Counted from the first letter of the stretch, positions 1 through 13,907 are shown. The stretch is 64,000 nt of DNA from Paraspadella gotoi (GCA_051294375.1 CM119264.1:10248175-10312174), one strand, 5' to 3'. Numbers and translations: made by a program. Notes: a model not told the origin generated them from the sequence alone.

Positions 1-583
1 AAAATACATTTTATCAAGCTACAACATAAATTTTTGCTTGTTTTTTACTTTAACTGAAAAATATAAGCAATTTTATAGAATAAAAAAAATTTAATAATAA
101 ACAAAATGTAATTCAGTCTTTCCTTTTTCAAATGACAAAAGAAAAAGAAAAAATTTCATATGCCTTCATTGAAATTTTTAAAGCAAAAAACTGTTATACT
201 TTTAACTCTGATTTAAACAAAAGCTGTGTAAAGATTTATAGATTTAATTTAATAAAACTCTTTTAGAAAGGTGTCCCATGATTAGGGCTTTAATTTGATA
301 CCACATCCACCTTGCTACCTCTTTTCTTTCAAAAGTTATTTAAAAAAAATAACATTTTTAAAATTATGCAGTACAAATCTTTGTTAAATAAAAATTTCGG
401 CAAAGCGGGAGCATCTCACTTATTTCTGTTGGTACAATACTTAAATTTCAAAATAAAACTTGAAAAAATTTTTTTGTCATTTAGAGACATATCACTTTCA
501 GATATACCCATCGTATAATAATTTATTTATTTATTTCCCCCAAAAAAGCCTAATTAGAAAAGTTGAAATTTTTTTAAATTGTT

Positions 584-775
584 GGGAAAAAAATTTTATC
601 CGACCTATGCTCATTGAGAATAATGGTTTTGCATAGAAAATTAAAATATCAAAAAAATAAAAAAATCAGCCTCTAGAAAAATTGAAAGGCTAGAGGCTGA
701 TTTTTTTAGAATTGCAAAATTTTTTTCCTGACTCATAATCCATTATTCTCAAGTTTCAAAATATTTTTTTCCAAA
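584..775. repeat. Degenerate hairpin/foldback (MITE-like remnant) centred near 683
   Basis: aaaaatcagcctctag (661-676) / ctagaggctgattttt (690-705) and ttgagaataatgg (614-626) / ccattattctcaa (740-752) are symmetrically placed inverted pairs. Confidence 0.7.
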
Positions 776-3700
776 ATCATTCAATCAATTTTTTTTTATT
801 AATTTAAAATGTTTTTATGATGTTGTTTTTGTTTGAAAGAATTGAAAAAAAAGTGAAAAATATAGTAATTATATAAGGTTTTTGAAAATACCTTAAAAAT
901 ATTAAATAATTAGACACAAGGGGAGTAAGCAGAAAAACTTCCCATTCATAAGAAAATTGAAATGAATTTGTCATATTGTTATTTAGATTAATTGACTAAT
1001 TACAAACATATGATTCATATAAATTGAGGAAATGATGGGTAAAAAAATATTCATCTTGGTCTCGGTTAACTATTAGGTTATCGTTAAAGTTTTTGTTTTA
1101 TTAATATTAATATTTTTTTGCATTTATAAAAGCAATGGTCTAAAATTTTGTAAGCGTTTCGAGCTATATTGCTTCATCTTTTTTACTATTTTTGATCTAG
1201 TGAGCTTTTTTGTTGATGGTCAAGGGTTATCGTCAGATACAGATATGTCCAGTAGTGTATATCGCACATATTACCAAAGTAGTGATCAATTAATTTGGTT
1301 CAGAAACGATTTTAAAGGGACAAAATCAGCACGAAGAACCGTTTCGCCACATTATTTTTCATTGTGTCGTACTTAGAACCGGATGGATGTTAATGTATCG
1401 GATTTAAAAAAAATTGTTTGTTCTTTAATTTCATTTTACTGTTTACAGAATGTTTAGTATTTTCAACTTTCTTATAAACTAGATTAAAAAGCTCCATCGA
1501 TCTCATTCTACTCATAATTTTAACTCATCCGTTACTCGACCTAAGCTCAACCACGCTTCAAATCTTGCTAACTCTGAATACTCTTCCTGACGGTAAACTT
1601 ACCTTTAAAGTCAATCTAATATTCATACCGTTTCTCAGCCAAAACCGTTTTAACAGAAAATATATAAATGAAAATATGATTAGTAAAAAATAACAATCAA
1701 TAAATATTTTAAAAAATTAACTTGAATATTACTAAAAAAAATCAAAATCTTTAACAGGCTTTTCCTTTTTATTAGGTTTTTATACCCACAGTTAATACAA
1801 ATTAAACAGTTCACCGATTTGGCTTAGAACGTGAATTAACATTAAATACATGAGCCATGTGTCTTTTGTTTTACTTTCAACGCCCAAGACGGAAACAAAC
1901 CTAACCCGTTCCCTAGCGGACAAAAGCATTTATGTTACGAACAAAAGATTCAGCCAAACGGATAAATTGATGTTTCTGATTTTTTCCAATTCTTGGAGAT
2001 ATGTTGATACTTCAGAGTTCGTATAAGAGACTTTTTATAAGTACGTACATACGTATAGTTCGATTATAGAAATACTCTGTCTCTGAAATCTATAAAATAT
2101 TTTGTCGAAAGTATATCTACTTTTCCTGTTTGACGTCAAGTTCTCTCGTTATTCAACTGTACAAGTCTTAAAACTTACTATACAAATTTATAAATAACTT
2201 CTTGGCGCATCGGACAAGAATTTCCCGAGAAAAGAACACAAAACAATGTGCAGTACTCTTCCTTTTCGTGATAAATAAAAACTTCATGGAAACGGCTTTT
2301 ATTGCGTCGGGAAAGGAACGCATGGTGAAACAGAACAAAAAATCGTGGCAGAGAAAAGATGAAAAAAAAAAGCGAAATAAATAAAGCAAGGGTGAAAAGA
2401 GTTGAGGGAGCTTGGAAGGATTTTAAAGGAGGAAAAGGGAAAAGGGATGGAAAAGAAAGCCGAGGAAAAAATGTTAGGAGTACAGGTGGGGGAAATAAAA
2501 AAAGAAATTCCAGGAATTATATTTATATACATGGAAAAAGAACTGTGGAATGTCAATGCTTGTTAAATTACCTTCCTCAACATTTTTCAATGTTTCAAAG
2601 CAAAAAATATCGCAGCCCGTCCGAAATATTCAAAACTAGGAATACGCACTGATCCTTCGAAAGATGACTAATAATTTTATATATATTTCTGCCAACTGCA
2701 TCCTAATTTTTACTTGCTTTTTATCTTCCAAAAAAACATCATCTTTTAAAAAAATCTTAATGTCATGGGTGATCTTGTATCTGAAAGGCATAAATGATTT
2801 TCTTTTTGAAACTCAAAAAATATATCTTCTCACGCCTTTGAATTCCAAGATTACGATTAAGGGTAAGAGAGAAGGGAGAGAGAGAGAGAGAGAGCGAATG
2901 GAGTTAAAAATTTGAAATTTTATATTTCGTATAATTATGTTACTTATTTTGTTAAGTAACCTCGACCACCTCCACTTAATGAAATATTTTTCGTTTTTTC
3001 CCTTATCCTGCTTCCCCCCCCCCAAAAAAAAAAGAAATTCCTCTGTATTTTTTCACTCTTCCTTTCTCCGGGCCTCTCATTAGTCGGATTGCTCAGATGC
3101 TTTATTGTCGTGGAACCAATCATAAGTCAGGAATCGGCGACGGCGGCGCCTTCTTCTGGCGATTATTCATGCGTCAATGATTCTTGATTTATGTTCGTCG
3201 CGCGAGATCGAGCGTGAATTTCGTGGGGGTGGTAGTAAGGGGGGGGTAGGGTGGGTAAGGTGAAGAGAGCTTAAGAGGGGGGTTGAAAGGAGTAAGCGGG
3301 GGTTCCTGGGTTAGAAAATAAGAAGTTGTGTAACTCGGATGGTAGGACAAGGATTCGGGCTGGGATTAAGTATACATAGCTTTGATGCAGTGAGTTTAGA
3401 TTGTATTTCGAATCTGTACTTGATGAAATTTTATTTAATTAGATTGGAGATGTCTACTTTTACTATCTTCCCCATGGAGTGATAGCAGGGGTGCTGAGAT
3501 GAGGCAGAGTCTTTAAGAATCGGTTCTCGATGGTTAAAAGCCGGAAACTCGTTTGCGGGGAAAAAATGCGGCTCGAACTTTCACGGTCATTTTCCTCTCT
3601 TTTTCCGCAATGGCAAACGACGAACGTATTTCGATGTTTGTGAGGGTCCAATATTGTACTTAACTACTATTCAAAAAAAAAAATCATAACAATGCTCTAA

Positions 3701-4160
3701 TTTTGTGCGAGTGAATACATTTCGAAATTTCAACTTACTTTCCCTTCTTTTTCAACATACATATAAAAAAAAAATAAACAAATATGTCAAATTTGTGCGA
3801 ATGTCTGATAGATAAAAACTAAAAAGTAAAACCTTAGGCCTAACGAAAATTCTAAAATGAGGTCATAACTTTTTCTAACGCTGGTTCACGTTTTTCTCGT
3901 TGGTTTTTGTCGGAATCGTAAATCATTAAAGAAAAAGTAGTTCCGTATTTTTTTCCCCATTTAATGGGAATTTTAATATCCTGAAATTATGACGAAAAAA
4001 TAGTGACTCTATAAATCATGAGTAAAGCGCCGCGAAAATGAGGTAAGGGAAAACGTTTGAACGACCAAAAGAAAGGTTTATTTGAAAGTTTTAGGCGATT
4101 TTGGACGTGTTACTCTCTCTCCCTTTCTCTCTCTTTCTCTTTTCTATCTCTCTCTCTTTA

Positions 4161-4238
<78 letters not shown>

Positions 4239-4413
4239 GCTCAGTGTGCTCACCATGTTCTTTTTCCATATTCCACTTACCCTCTTTTTGTGTTTGGTTC
4301 ATTTTTTCTTCCACTGCCATTTTTTGTTGGTGTCCTGGAGTCAGCAAAAACTGAGATAACAAATTTTCTAGAGTCGGTCGGAGCAGAGAGGCGAATCAGT
4401 GAAAGAGGAGGAG

Positions 4414-4461
<48 letters not shown>

Positions 4462-4922
4462 GAAAAAGAGGAAGAAAAAGAAGAGAAAGGAAAGATAGAG
4501 AGAGAGATAGATAGTAGGTATGTTTCTCATACTCCTACGTTTGATAATGTTAAAATGTTTTTGTCCGATTTGGCACTTGGCAGACGTTTTTCTTCATCCG
4601 AAGAAATCTTAATAAAAAATAATGGTAATAATGAGGGAGTTGTAACTTTTTTATTAACATGACATGATTAAAGACAATAACTCAGTTAAAGATTCAGTAT
4701 TGTAAGCCGAAGGCTCATCAATATAAGAATTGGTGTTAATGAGGGGAAAAGGAAAACAAAAAAATTCAAACAAAAATTTGGTGTTGTTACTTCATTATCT
4801 GTTATGTAAATTTATTTATGAAACGAAACAAAAATCGGGCATTCGCATCTTCGCTTCATCAAAAAGAATAAGAAAAAATCGAGGCTTCCGTCTTTCAGAA
4901 AAAAAAAACGAAGCTCGATTTA

Positions 4923-5002
<80 letters not shown>

Positions 5003-5007
<5 letters not shown>

Positions 5008-5481
5008 GTACCCACCCCGCCATGAGAAAATCTGTGTCTCTCCTGATTCTCTCCTTCGCCAAATCTTCTTCGGACAAAGTCTCCGGCACGACGTAAACCG
5101 TTTCCGTCTCTCTTCGCTTCGGCACCTTGGCGCGCGCGGCTGCAACGGCGCCACCCCTTGCCGCGCCCCGACCAGCGTAGCGGAACGGGCGCCTTTCCGA
5201 TTTGGCGGCCGGCGTCGTTGCAGCTGGCGCCACTGTCTTTGTCGTCGTCGTCGCCGCCGAGGGACGCGCGCGGACGGAGATGTTCGCCTTCACCCACCCC
5301 TCGTCGTCGTCGTCGTCGTCTTCGGCGTCTTCGATCCGCTTGGGCACCTCCACCGCGATCGGTTCCTTGGTGCAGCCGCTGTCCAAGAAGCGGAGAAGGT
5401 TGGTCGTGTCCTTGGCGCCGTAGGTGGACAGGTAGCGCGCCAGGCGGGAGTAGTCGGTGCGCTGGGACTCTCGGGGGATGC
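5003..5481 (-). CDS. Gene A exon 3 (GIPRESQRTDYSRLARYLSTYGAKDTTNLLRFLDSGC...poly-D...DTDFLMAGWVL*); 3' end uncertain
   Basis: catcag| acceptor, phase 1 matches exon 2, strong GC3 codon bias. The TGA at 5003-5005 lies at the edge of an (AG)n tract, and a possible donor GG|gtgggt at 5015 could lead to further exons. Confidence 0.75.
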
Positions 5482-5844
5482 CTGATGAAGATGAGATCAG
5501 AGATTGAGATTATGGGGCGAGGATTTACCGAGGGATTGTTAAACGCGGATTTCTAAAAACGAGAAGGAATCGAAAGTATTTTATTTTAAATTAAAATAAA
5601 TTCATCTCTTTATCGTAAAAAATAAAAAAAAAAACTACTTTTTACATTAAATGGGATTATCATTATGTTAGACTTAGAGAATAAAGGAGGAAAAAAAGGG
5701 AGATAAAAAATATCAGTCAGGATTTGTCAAGATTCGTCGCGGATTCGACTTCGGGAAAACAAAACGTTATGAAATTCTACAAAACGAAAATGTCTCTGAA
5801 TTCAGCTGCGGCTGTTGAGTCCGTGGATTCTTTGTTATATAAAA

Positions 5845-6161
5845 AACAAGAACGGTAATTCCAATGTGTTGCGCCGCAGTGACTTTATTTTCACGTGCAT
5901 TTCTCTTTGATCATATGTTACGAAATGACATGACATGATATCTCTAAAAAACTGTTTTTGCCTGTGTATTTATGACATGCACTGTATGAAAATTGTGTTT
6001 TTTTATTCCTTATAGTTTTAGGAATTCCTGAAGGCGGCGCTAGCAGTTCCTTAGGTTTGAGAATTTTTTCTGTCTCAGAAAATAAGTAATCAACTATAGG
6101 CAAATTATATGCATTTTTAACGTAAGTGGGACAGAACGACGGACAGACAGACGCGAGTACT
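5845..6161 (+). mobile_element. Helentron-associated (HINE/DINE-1/Pearl-like) non-autonomous element in intron 2 of gene A
   Basis: Colinear similarity to 37781-38188 (aacaagaac, gtgttgcgcc, tgacatgacatga, taggaattcct, caactataggcaaattatatgcatttt, acggacagac, cgcgagtact). Confidence 0.65.
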
Positions 6162-6233
6162 AAAAAGTCAAAATATTTCATCAAGCTTTACATGTCCATT
6201 GCCCTCGCTAGCTTCCGCTTGCCACCGCCTTAC

Positions 6234-6421
6234 CGATTTGCGGGACTTGCCCCACCAGCTTGGCGTAGTGAGTCTTAGTCTGGTTTATCATCTTCTTCCT
6301 CTCGTCCTCCTGCTGCTGGAGCTCTCGGTATCGCTCCACGCGCGAGTGCTCGTCTCGATCCGGCTCCAGAAATCCGGGGTTGAGATAATCTCGATTCGAA
6401 GTGATCATATATGAGTAGCCC
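6234..6421 (-). CDS. Gene A exon 2 (GYSYMITSNRDYLNPGFLEPDRDEHSRVERYRELQQQEDERKKMINQTKTHYAKLVGQVPQI)
   Basis: cctag| acceptor, G|gtaagg donor; 188 nt; phase 2 in and phase 1 out, matching both neighbours; short charged helix-like segment. Confidence 0.8.
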
Positions 6422-6508
6422 CTAGGTGAATACAGGAGTAATTGTTTATTTCATAAAATATTCGTTATTTCTGACGAACGAATAACTTAAATTGAGCTTT
6501 ATACTTAC

Positions 6509-6801
6509 CTATAGTAAGTTGGGTAATAAGGTGTGTAAGCAGTGTACCAAGGGTTGTATTTTGGGAAGATTCCCGCCGACGCCGACGCCGCGTGCCCCGA
6601 GGCCGTCGCCGATTCTGTCGACGCTGCCGGTGCCGCCGATTCGGAGGCGCCGACTCGGCCGTACCTCGTCGACGGAATCGAATTGAAAGGCGTCGGCGGA
6701 TAAGCGGCGTGAGCCTTTAACAGAGAATCGAATTCGCGAGAGGCATCACCGTAGACGCTCCAACGGCTCGTTGAACCCAGGTATCCGCGACGGTAAGACA
6801 T
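6509..6801 (-). CDS. Gene A exon 1, uncharacterised protein (MSYRRGYLGSTSRWSVYG...KYNPWYTAYTPYYPTYYR)
   Basis: ATG at 6801 in an aaaaATG context; 293 nt open; ends AG|gtaagt (phase 2); GC-rich in AT-rich surroundings; splices in frame to the next exon. Confidence 0.8.
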
Positions 6802-6998
6802 TTTCTTTTTCCTTTTTTTTTATTCTTTTATTTCTATTTTATTTTTCGCTCTGCCAATCTCTCTCCCTCTCGTGTTTTGCTTTATTGGGTTTTATTTTCC
6901 GCCTTTTTTTTTCTCGTCTTCTATTTCTGTCGGAATCTTATTGCTCGCATGGGCGTGTTTGCGTTATTGCTCCTTTTTTCGGTCTCTCTCTCTCTCTC

Positions 6999-7077
<79 letters not shown>

Positions 7078-8389
7078 CTCTCTCAGAAAAGTCGCGCGAG
7101 TGGCTTTTATTGGTTTCGATTTTCGCCCGTTAGATGGCGGAAAGAATCTCTCTTTTCATACGAGGAAATATTGTTCGCCTTTTGTTTGTCGGCTCCGAGT
7201 TGAAAGCGAACGACGTGGCTTCGTGTAAATGACGATTCGAGGCGCCTTTCGCCGCGAGGGTGCCTCTAGTGACGCAGGGCGAGCGAGAGGAGGTAAAGCT
7301 CTGTTGTTGCTGTAGTTACTGTTGCTCGGAGACAGATGGCGTTCGATGGAGATGGTCGTCAGTTTCACTTGATTCGAATCAAGAGCGACTTTTACGAGAC
7401 GTTTTTGTATCACAGGACGAAAATAAAGTTTTTATTAACTCGTAGATTAAAACTTTGATCGTTGGCTCATCAGGGCTTCGAATTTTGGATGTATTTATTC
7501 GAGAGGAAAAAGTGCCATTCACTGTAAAAATTTAAATATAGTTCGTAGCTTTTGGCATTTACGTTAAGAGTTTTATTTGAACTATAAATAAGATTTTTTT
7601 ATTTTCAATGTCAGTTTGTCCGTCTGAGAGTTAAGCCTTTTTTTAAAATTATAAATCTTTTCCTTTTCGCTGTTTTTTTTTTTTAATTTTTTTTTTTGTT
7701 TCTAAAAATTTTTTTTCTGGTTTTTCTTTCTTGTCCTTTTCTCTCTATTTTTTTTATTTTGAATTCGGCGACCCAGAATTGAATGACGTCGTTTACGTGG
7801 AAACGGGAAACGACTAATGCGTCAACATAAAACCGGAAATGAGATGCCGGAATTGCGAAAACAAAAGCGTTGTCGTCGTCGTCCTCGTCGTCGTCTTCCT
7901 CATCTTACTCTTCGTCGTTGTCGTTTTCTCTCGTGTTTACCTCTTTGTGACGATGTGGCCCTTATGCAAGTTTAACTAAGGATTCACCCAAAAATTCAAA
8001 GCGTCAGAATATTTTACAGGTATTTCACCAAAAAAAATTGCTTTTTGTTTAGCGACCGAGAAAAAAAATTGTTTTGTTCGTTCCTTGTAAGGCTTTCCGT
8101 CAGTTTTCTTTTTTGTTTTGTTTTTTTTTTTACGTAAAATACCGGTTATCTTTGGCGGCAAAAATTTCTATTTTTCAAAATCGACGTTTTTTTTTTTAAT
8201 TTTGCAAATTTAATTTTTCAGGTTTCTCCTCTCCATTCTCCATCCGCTCGCAAAACGACTTCAGGGGTTTCGCTCACCCGACGAAGCCTTCCACTACAAC
8301 AGAAGTCGATTTGCATTCTTTAAAACATTCATTTTTTTTTCTCTCTCTCTTTCTCTCCGTCGATCCGTTGGCTCGGTTTCTCGCTTCTA

Positions 8390-9160
8390 CTTCTCTTCGG
8401 CATCGATCCACAACTCCATCCGAGTTGAATCTCGAAACCATTCGCCTCGCTTCTCTTTTCGAATCAGCCGCAGAAAATTCCAGCCAATCTCGCCCACCTC
8501 TGACTTCTTACTCCCTCCTCCAAGGATCGATACTACTTCAACCTTATCTTCTCATCCACCTCTGCATTCTCCCCTTCCTTCCTGGCAGCCTCGACCAATA
8601 ACATCTTGCCTATTTCTGTATTTCTCTGCTGTCTCGCCCACCGCAAAATTCTTATCATATCTCTGAAATATCGTTCCTTGACCTCTCTGAGCCTCCGCTT
8701 CGATTGATCTTGATTTTAACACCTTGACCAGTGACCACCATGACCAGCCATCCACTATTCACCGTCAGTAACAACCACTTTTTCAACCTTAATTTACCAT
8801 CAACTTCCACTGCAAATGAGTCGATCATAACCAAAACAAATATTCCCTCACTCTCTCTTCTAGTTTCTCATCCATTTACAATACTAAGTTCCTGAGGCGC
8901 TAAAACCCAATCTAGGCGCGGTATCATTCACTCCATCTTTTATTTCCCTCTAACAATCCCATCTTCCTTCTGTCCATACTTCTGTCCATCAACCCGATCT
9001 GACCTAAATTGACTCACGACCAACTCTTGTCAAATTCTTTTACAGGTTCTTCTCTCTCAGTATTTTCAGCCCCACTCCGCTCCACCCTCTTTCGAATTCC
9101 CACTTTTCGCGCCAAGCCCCTCTCTACCTCATTCCCCAACCTTTCCCTAATTATCTCCTC
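8390..9160 (-). mobile_element. Highly degraded non-LTR retrotransposon (RTE-like) 3' fragment
   Basis: Purine-rich minus strand with interrupted translation RYFRDMIRILRWARQQRNTEIG...KIRLK*YRSLEE...RWAR, reminiscent of the post-RT region of RTE-clade LINEs; many stops. Confidence 0.3.
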
Positions 9161-11615
9161 GCCTGCGCAGGAGATAAGTGACATCGCAAAATGAGATTAA
9201 CTCGAGGAACTCTCCGTGGTAGCGCGTCTAATTAGGTTCACTCAAAAATCCAAGATGGACGCATCCCCGTTTTACTCCTCTTCGAGGACAAAGAGTCCTT
9301 TTTCGATTCCGCTATCTTTTGCTGACCACCGCTGCCTCACAATCACTCGTAAAAAAATCCCTGTCTTGGTTTACGTCCTCGTCGCCTCCGCCGCCTCCGC
9401 CGCCTCCGCCGCCTCCGCCCTCTCCGACGCCTCCGCCGCCGTCGTCCCCGCTGCCTAGCGTTAAATCGCCCTCAACGAAATCCTGATTTCCCACCTGAGG
9501 CCAGCGTTCGACTCTTGAGTAATGGTTTCTCATAAAAAACCAGGAAGCAAGAATACTTTTTTGGCCATTGGGGGGGGGGGCGAAGAAAAGAACGACTGAA
9601 AGAAAAGAACATTTTTAGACGGGAATCTGCCTTACAAAAAAAAAACATATTTATAAATAAATTGTGGGATTTTTTTTATCGAAAAAAAAAAGATTTAACT
9701 GGAGTAGAAAAGATGTAAATTGGATTTTTCTTGGAGCGGGAAAGGACGGAAGCTAAAAAGTCTGGCTTTGTGGAGTAAATATGTTTTTCGTTGTTGTTGT
9801 TTTTTTTTATTCCCTAAAGATTGTAGGTAAAGATGAGCGAGAGGACGAGTTGTTTTAAAATTATATGAAAGAAATATTATTCCTTTTTTTAATATACTTG
9901 AAATGAAAAGACAAAAAAAAAGGATATTAACATAAATTTTGGGACAGAGGATATAAATCGAGGATAGAAAGAAAGCGAATAAATTATTAATGAAGAAGAG
10001 AAAAATGAACAGAGAGAGAAAGAGAATGCGGATGAGATATTCGAAAGAAGATGAGGATTGACGCGTTGATCTAAGAATCTGGATGAAATTCTTATCGGAG
10101 CTGAGGTTTAAAAAAAAAAGGGGTGAAACATCGAGCGGCTTTTTGTGTTTAGAACGAGAAAGGTGAAGGTAACTCAGGCGAGGCAACGAAAAGAAGTTGA
10201 GGGAATAAATCTCCAGTTGAATAAACTTTGTTATCGACAGAATAGGAAAAAAAAAAAGCCACTCTCTCCCGCCAAAAAAAAAAGAAAGAATTATATCTCT
10301 AAATCCCAGGCGACGACAGACGAAATCCCCGCATCGCTTCCTTCCCGCTTCGCTCGGAGCACTTCATTTGACGAGCTTAAATCCACACCATCGTCTCTAC
10401 AAGCAACGCCCACTCTCTCTCCCCGTGAGGAACACTGTGGAGTCGAAACCCCATCTCTCTTCGCGAAAATCATTGTGGCTGGAGAACTTTCTCTCCCTAT
10501 GCATGGTGGAGGCGAATAGCGATGTGGGTGGAAAACCCTTTAATTTTCCTTCTTTTTCTAGTCTATGACACAATGAANNNNNNNNNNTTCATTGTGTCCT
10601 ATACCATAGAATCCAATCCAGTATTTCTCCAGTAATGTGAAAAAAAAAATTAAATTAATACCTCATATTTAATTTCACTTTTACCACAGCCAGTGCGATT
10701 TTATCTTCCAAACCTCAAACCTCGAGCGATGTAAATTAGTTTTTTGTCGTTCCTTTCCTCCCGTCGGCTCTTGGGCACAACCGATGCGCCATTATCGTCG
10801 GCATCTTCCGTTTACGAACTCAACAGTCTTAAACTCTTGAGCCGCTTTGTTCCCGAAGCGGGATTCTCGGATGCCGCCCTTTCCCTTTCTCCCTTTCGCA
10901 GCATCTTTCTGTCTTTTTTTTTTCTTTTTTTTTCTGTTGATATCAACCCAATCTTCGCTCCATTCTCTCCCCCTCTCTTCTTCATTCCCCTAACCCATTT
11001 TTATATTCCCAAAACCAACTCGAGGAATTAATGATGAATCCCAGAAATTTCCAAGAGGTTACTCCCTGCAGCGGTCGGTGAGCGGGGGAGGTGCGCGCCC
11101 GACGCGGCGGAGGAAATGCGCGGTATCGGGGAATGACTGGAGAGAGCCCAGGGTATCGAAAGTGCGCGATCGGGGCCGTGGGCACTACGCAGCTAAGCCA
11201 AGAACGCTTGATCGGGGCCGATAGAAACGCTGATGTTGCTGTTGAAAGTTGAATGGAGAGAGAGTAAAAAATTACAGCATTCGATTAAGTAAAATTAAAT
11301 AAATTTCAAGAACTGAACAACTAAGCAATAAGGATCGTAATCGAAAAAAATCGGTGATAATGATTGTTTTACGTCCGATTCTTTATATTTCATTTTTTAT
11401 CTTAGATTTAATTATTTGATTTTTTTTGTATTTTTCATTCGTAAAAAAAAGAGAGCAAGGGTAATTAAAGTCGATTGAAAACGAACTAGATTATTTCCAT
11501 CATTCCACTGGACAAATAAAACCGAGGAAAACAAAAACCGAGACCGAATGGTAAACGAGGAAAACAAAAATAAAGAATAATTGCTCATACGTTCGAACCA
11601 ACGCGAAAGCAAATC

Positions 11616-11727
11616 GTTTCCCTGGCGACCATAAAAAAAATTTATCGAATCGATTGAATTTAGTGAAATTTATCGATTCAATTTATTTTCTCCGCTTCCC
11701 GCGGTTTCGGAACGGTTGCTAGGCGAC
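11616..11727. promoter_or_regulatory. Pair of RFX X-box-like motifs flanking a TATCGA-containing imperfect palindrome
   Basis: GTTTCCCTGGCGAC (11616-11629) and GTTGCTAGGCGAC (11715-11727), about 1.8 kb upstream of the first candidate exon of RhoGAP paralogue 1. Confidence 0.45.
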
Positions 11728-13333
11728 GCCACCTCACCATCACCATCGCCGATAGCCATCACCACCACTAATCCTTAAGATTCAAGCTCTAAATCACCTC
11801 GTAGAAACTCACACACGTTTATTCAGATCTTTATAGGATTTTTATTCATAAACATTATAAGTTAACTAAATAGTAAGTTTATGAACCAATTCGACTTTTA
11901 GGTAAACCACCAAGAAATCAGGTTCACATATGAACGAAGTAAATTGGATTGATTTGGAAACCAATTGTTTACCGATTGAGGTGACGGAAATATTCACAGA
12001 CATGAGTTGACAATAACGATATGTGAGACAACGTGAAAGGTCTTCGAAATTCGCTCGGGAAGAATAATTCTCAATGAATCCGAGGCGACCGTGTAAACAA
12101 AAGCTCGACACGCCCCCGGATGTTTATCTGATTTGATTCATAGATGATATATCAAAAATGTTTTATAAAAAAATTAACGAAAGAAAACAAATCTTAAACT
12201 AAAGTCTTTATTTCTGTTTCGTAAAGCGGCTGGATAATATTAGTTTGTTAAAAGTCGGTAAAAAGTTTCTGCTTTTTGTAGCAACAACGAGATAGAATTG
12301 AAAGCGAGGATGAAAAAATGCCCAAACAATTCTCGAACGCAAAACAAGGATCTGGAGTCTGTTCCTTTTAAAATCAAATTGCAGAAATTATTACCAAAAA
12401 AAAAAAATATTGAACAAAATACGATCGGTAGTCAGAAATCCGGCGATGAGAAACAAACGTCGTTATCGTTATCACGACGGAAAAAAAAAATAAAACTCGA
12501 TCCGTTCGAAAAAAAAATAATATCTTTCTTTTTTTTTTCCATCTCAACGAAACTTTCTTCCGCCGACTCAAAAATCCATCTCTGCCTTTTTTTTTTACTC
12601 CTTTTTCCTTCCATCCCTCGACCCTTTCCCCCCCCTTCCCTTCTCTTTCGCACTCCCCCCTCTTCTCCCCCTTCGGATTCATTTTTCACGTTTTTTGTCA
12701 TCGCCATCAAAAGAGTCTGATTTCTCGGTGGCCATTTACATTCTTACGATTCAGACCTGTTCGTCGCCGCGGGTTCGACCTACCCTAGCCCCCACCCCCC
12801 TGGTCCCTTTCGTCGATTAGGCGACCAATCGTCCTTGTGTCGCTTGCGCCTTTAAACCCGCTTTGTAGAAAACTTGTTAGTTTAGTATCCATCTATGTCT
12901 AGAAGAGTTAATCAGTCCATGGCACCCATTGTTTTCAGTTCTTTCTATTTATCCTTAATTTTTGACTTTTTTTTTTCAAATATTTTGCTCTTTTTTTTTT
13001 TAATTCTCTAATCTTTACTCCTATTTCACTCTTTTCTAAAATCGCTTTAAAATTATTTTCTACCTTCTTAACCGATTGCATGGCCTTCCCTACGAACTTA
13101 CCCTGCTTCCTCTTTCCAACCTCTCCATTCCTCCATCATTTAACCAGCGGTCGACCCTATTTCCTTTTCAACTCTCCCCTTCCTTTCTCTTAACCCCGGT
13201 TTGGCCCCGAACGAGCGTTTTCGCTCGACGAAACTCGAATGACGCTTCGTCTTCGTAAAGATCGAGAGAAATAGCGAGGAGGACGTGGAGTGGGGTAGCA
13301 GTTTGACTATGTTGTAACCAAGAAAAGGATAGT

Positions 13334-13467
<134 letters not shown>

Positions 13468-13528
13468 ACTTTCCCTCCCTGCCTCCTTTCCTCCATTTCC
13501 TCTTCCTTCCCCCATCTCCTTTCAAAAG

Positions 13529-13612
13529 CCACACATCGAGATTTGGCTGGGTTTCCGTCCGAAACCCGAAAGAAAAAGAATGAGATATTTGCAGGTTTTG
13601 AGGTCAGCGCAG
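13529..13612 (+). CDS. Candidate upstream exon of the + strand RhoGAP (PHIEIWLGFRPKPERKRMRYLQVLRSAQ); possible start ATG at 13580
   Basis: Pyrimidine tract plus aag| acceptor, strong CAG|gtaagg donor, 84 nt phase 0/0, in frame with the exon at 14152. No homology recognised. Confidence 0.5.
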
Positions 13613-13732
13613 GTAAGGAAAGCTTACCCTTTCCTTACCTGAGCTTTCAAACCATTTTCTTTGTGACTGATGAAGGAAAGGCGAATGGGCCGCTCTGGCC
13701 AAAGAAGGAATGGACGGATAAAAGTAAAAAAA

Positions 13733-13840
13733 TGAATGAAATTATTAATGAATGAATGAATGAATGAATGAATGAATGAATGAATGAATGAATGAATGAA
13801 TGAATGAATGAATGAATGAATGAATGAATGAATGAATGAA

Positions 13841-13907
<67 letters not shown>

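Noticed and set aside
4057-5154. Long ORFs rich in SLSLSL or ERERER, here and throughout the window
   Set aside because: Translations of (CT)n/(AG)n microsatellites, which lack stop codons; no coding evidence.
13667-13700. CTGATGA motifs at 5482, 13667 and 32246 as hammerhead cores
   Set aside because: No stem II followed by GAAA and no closing stems.
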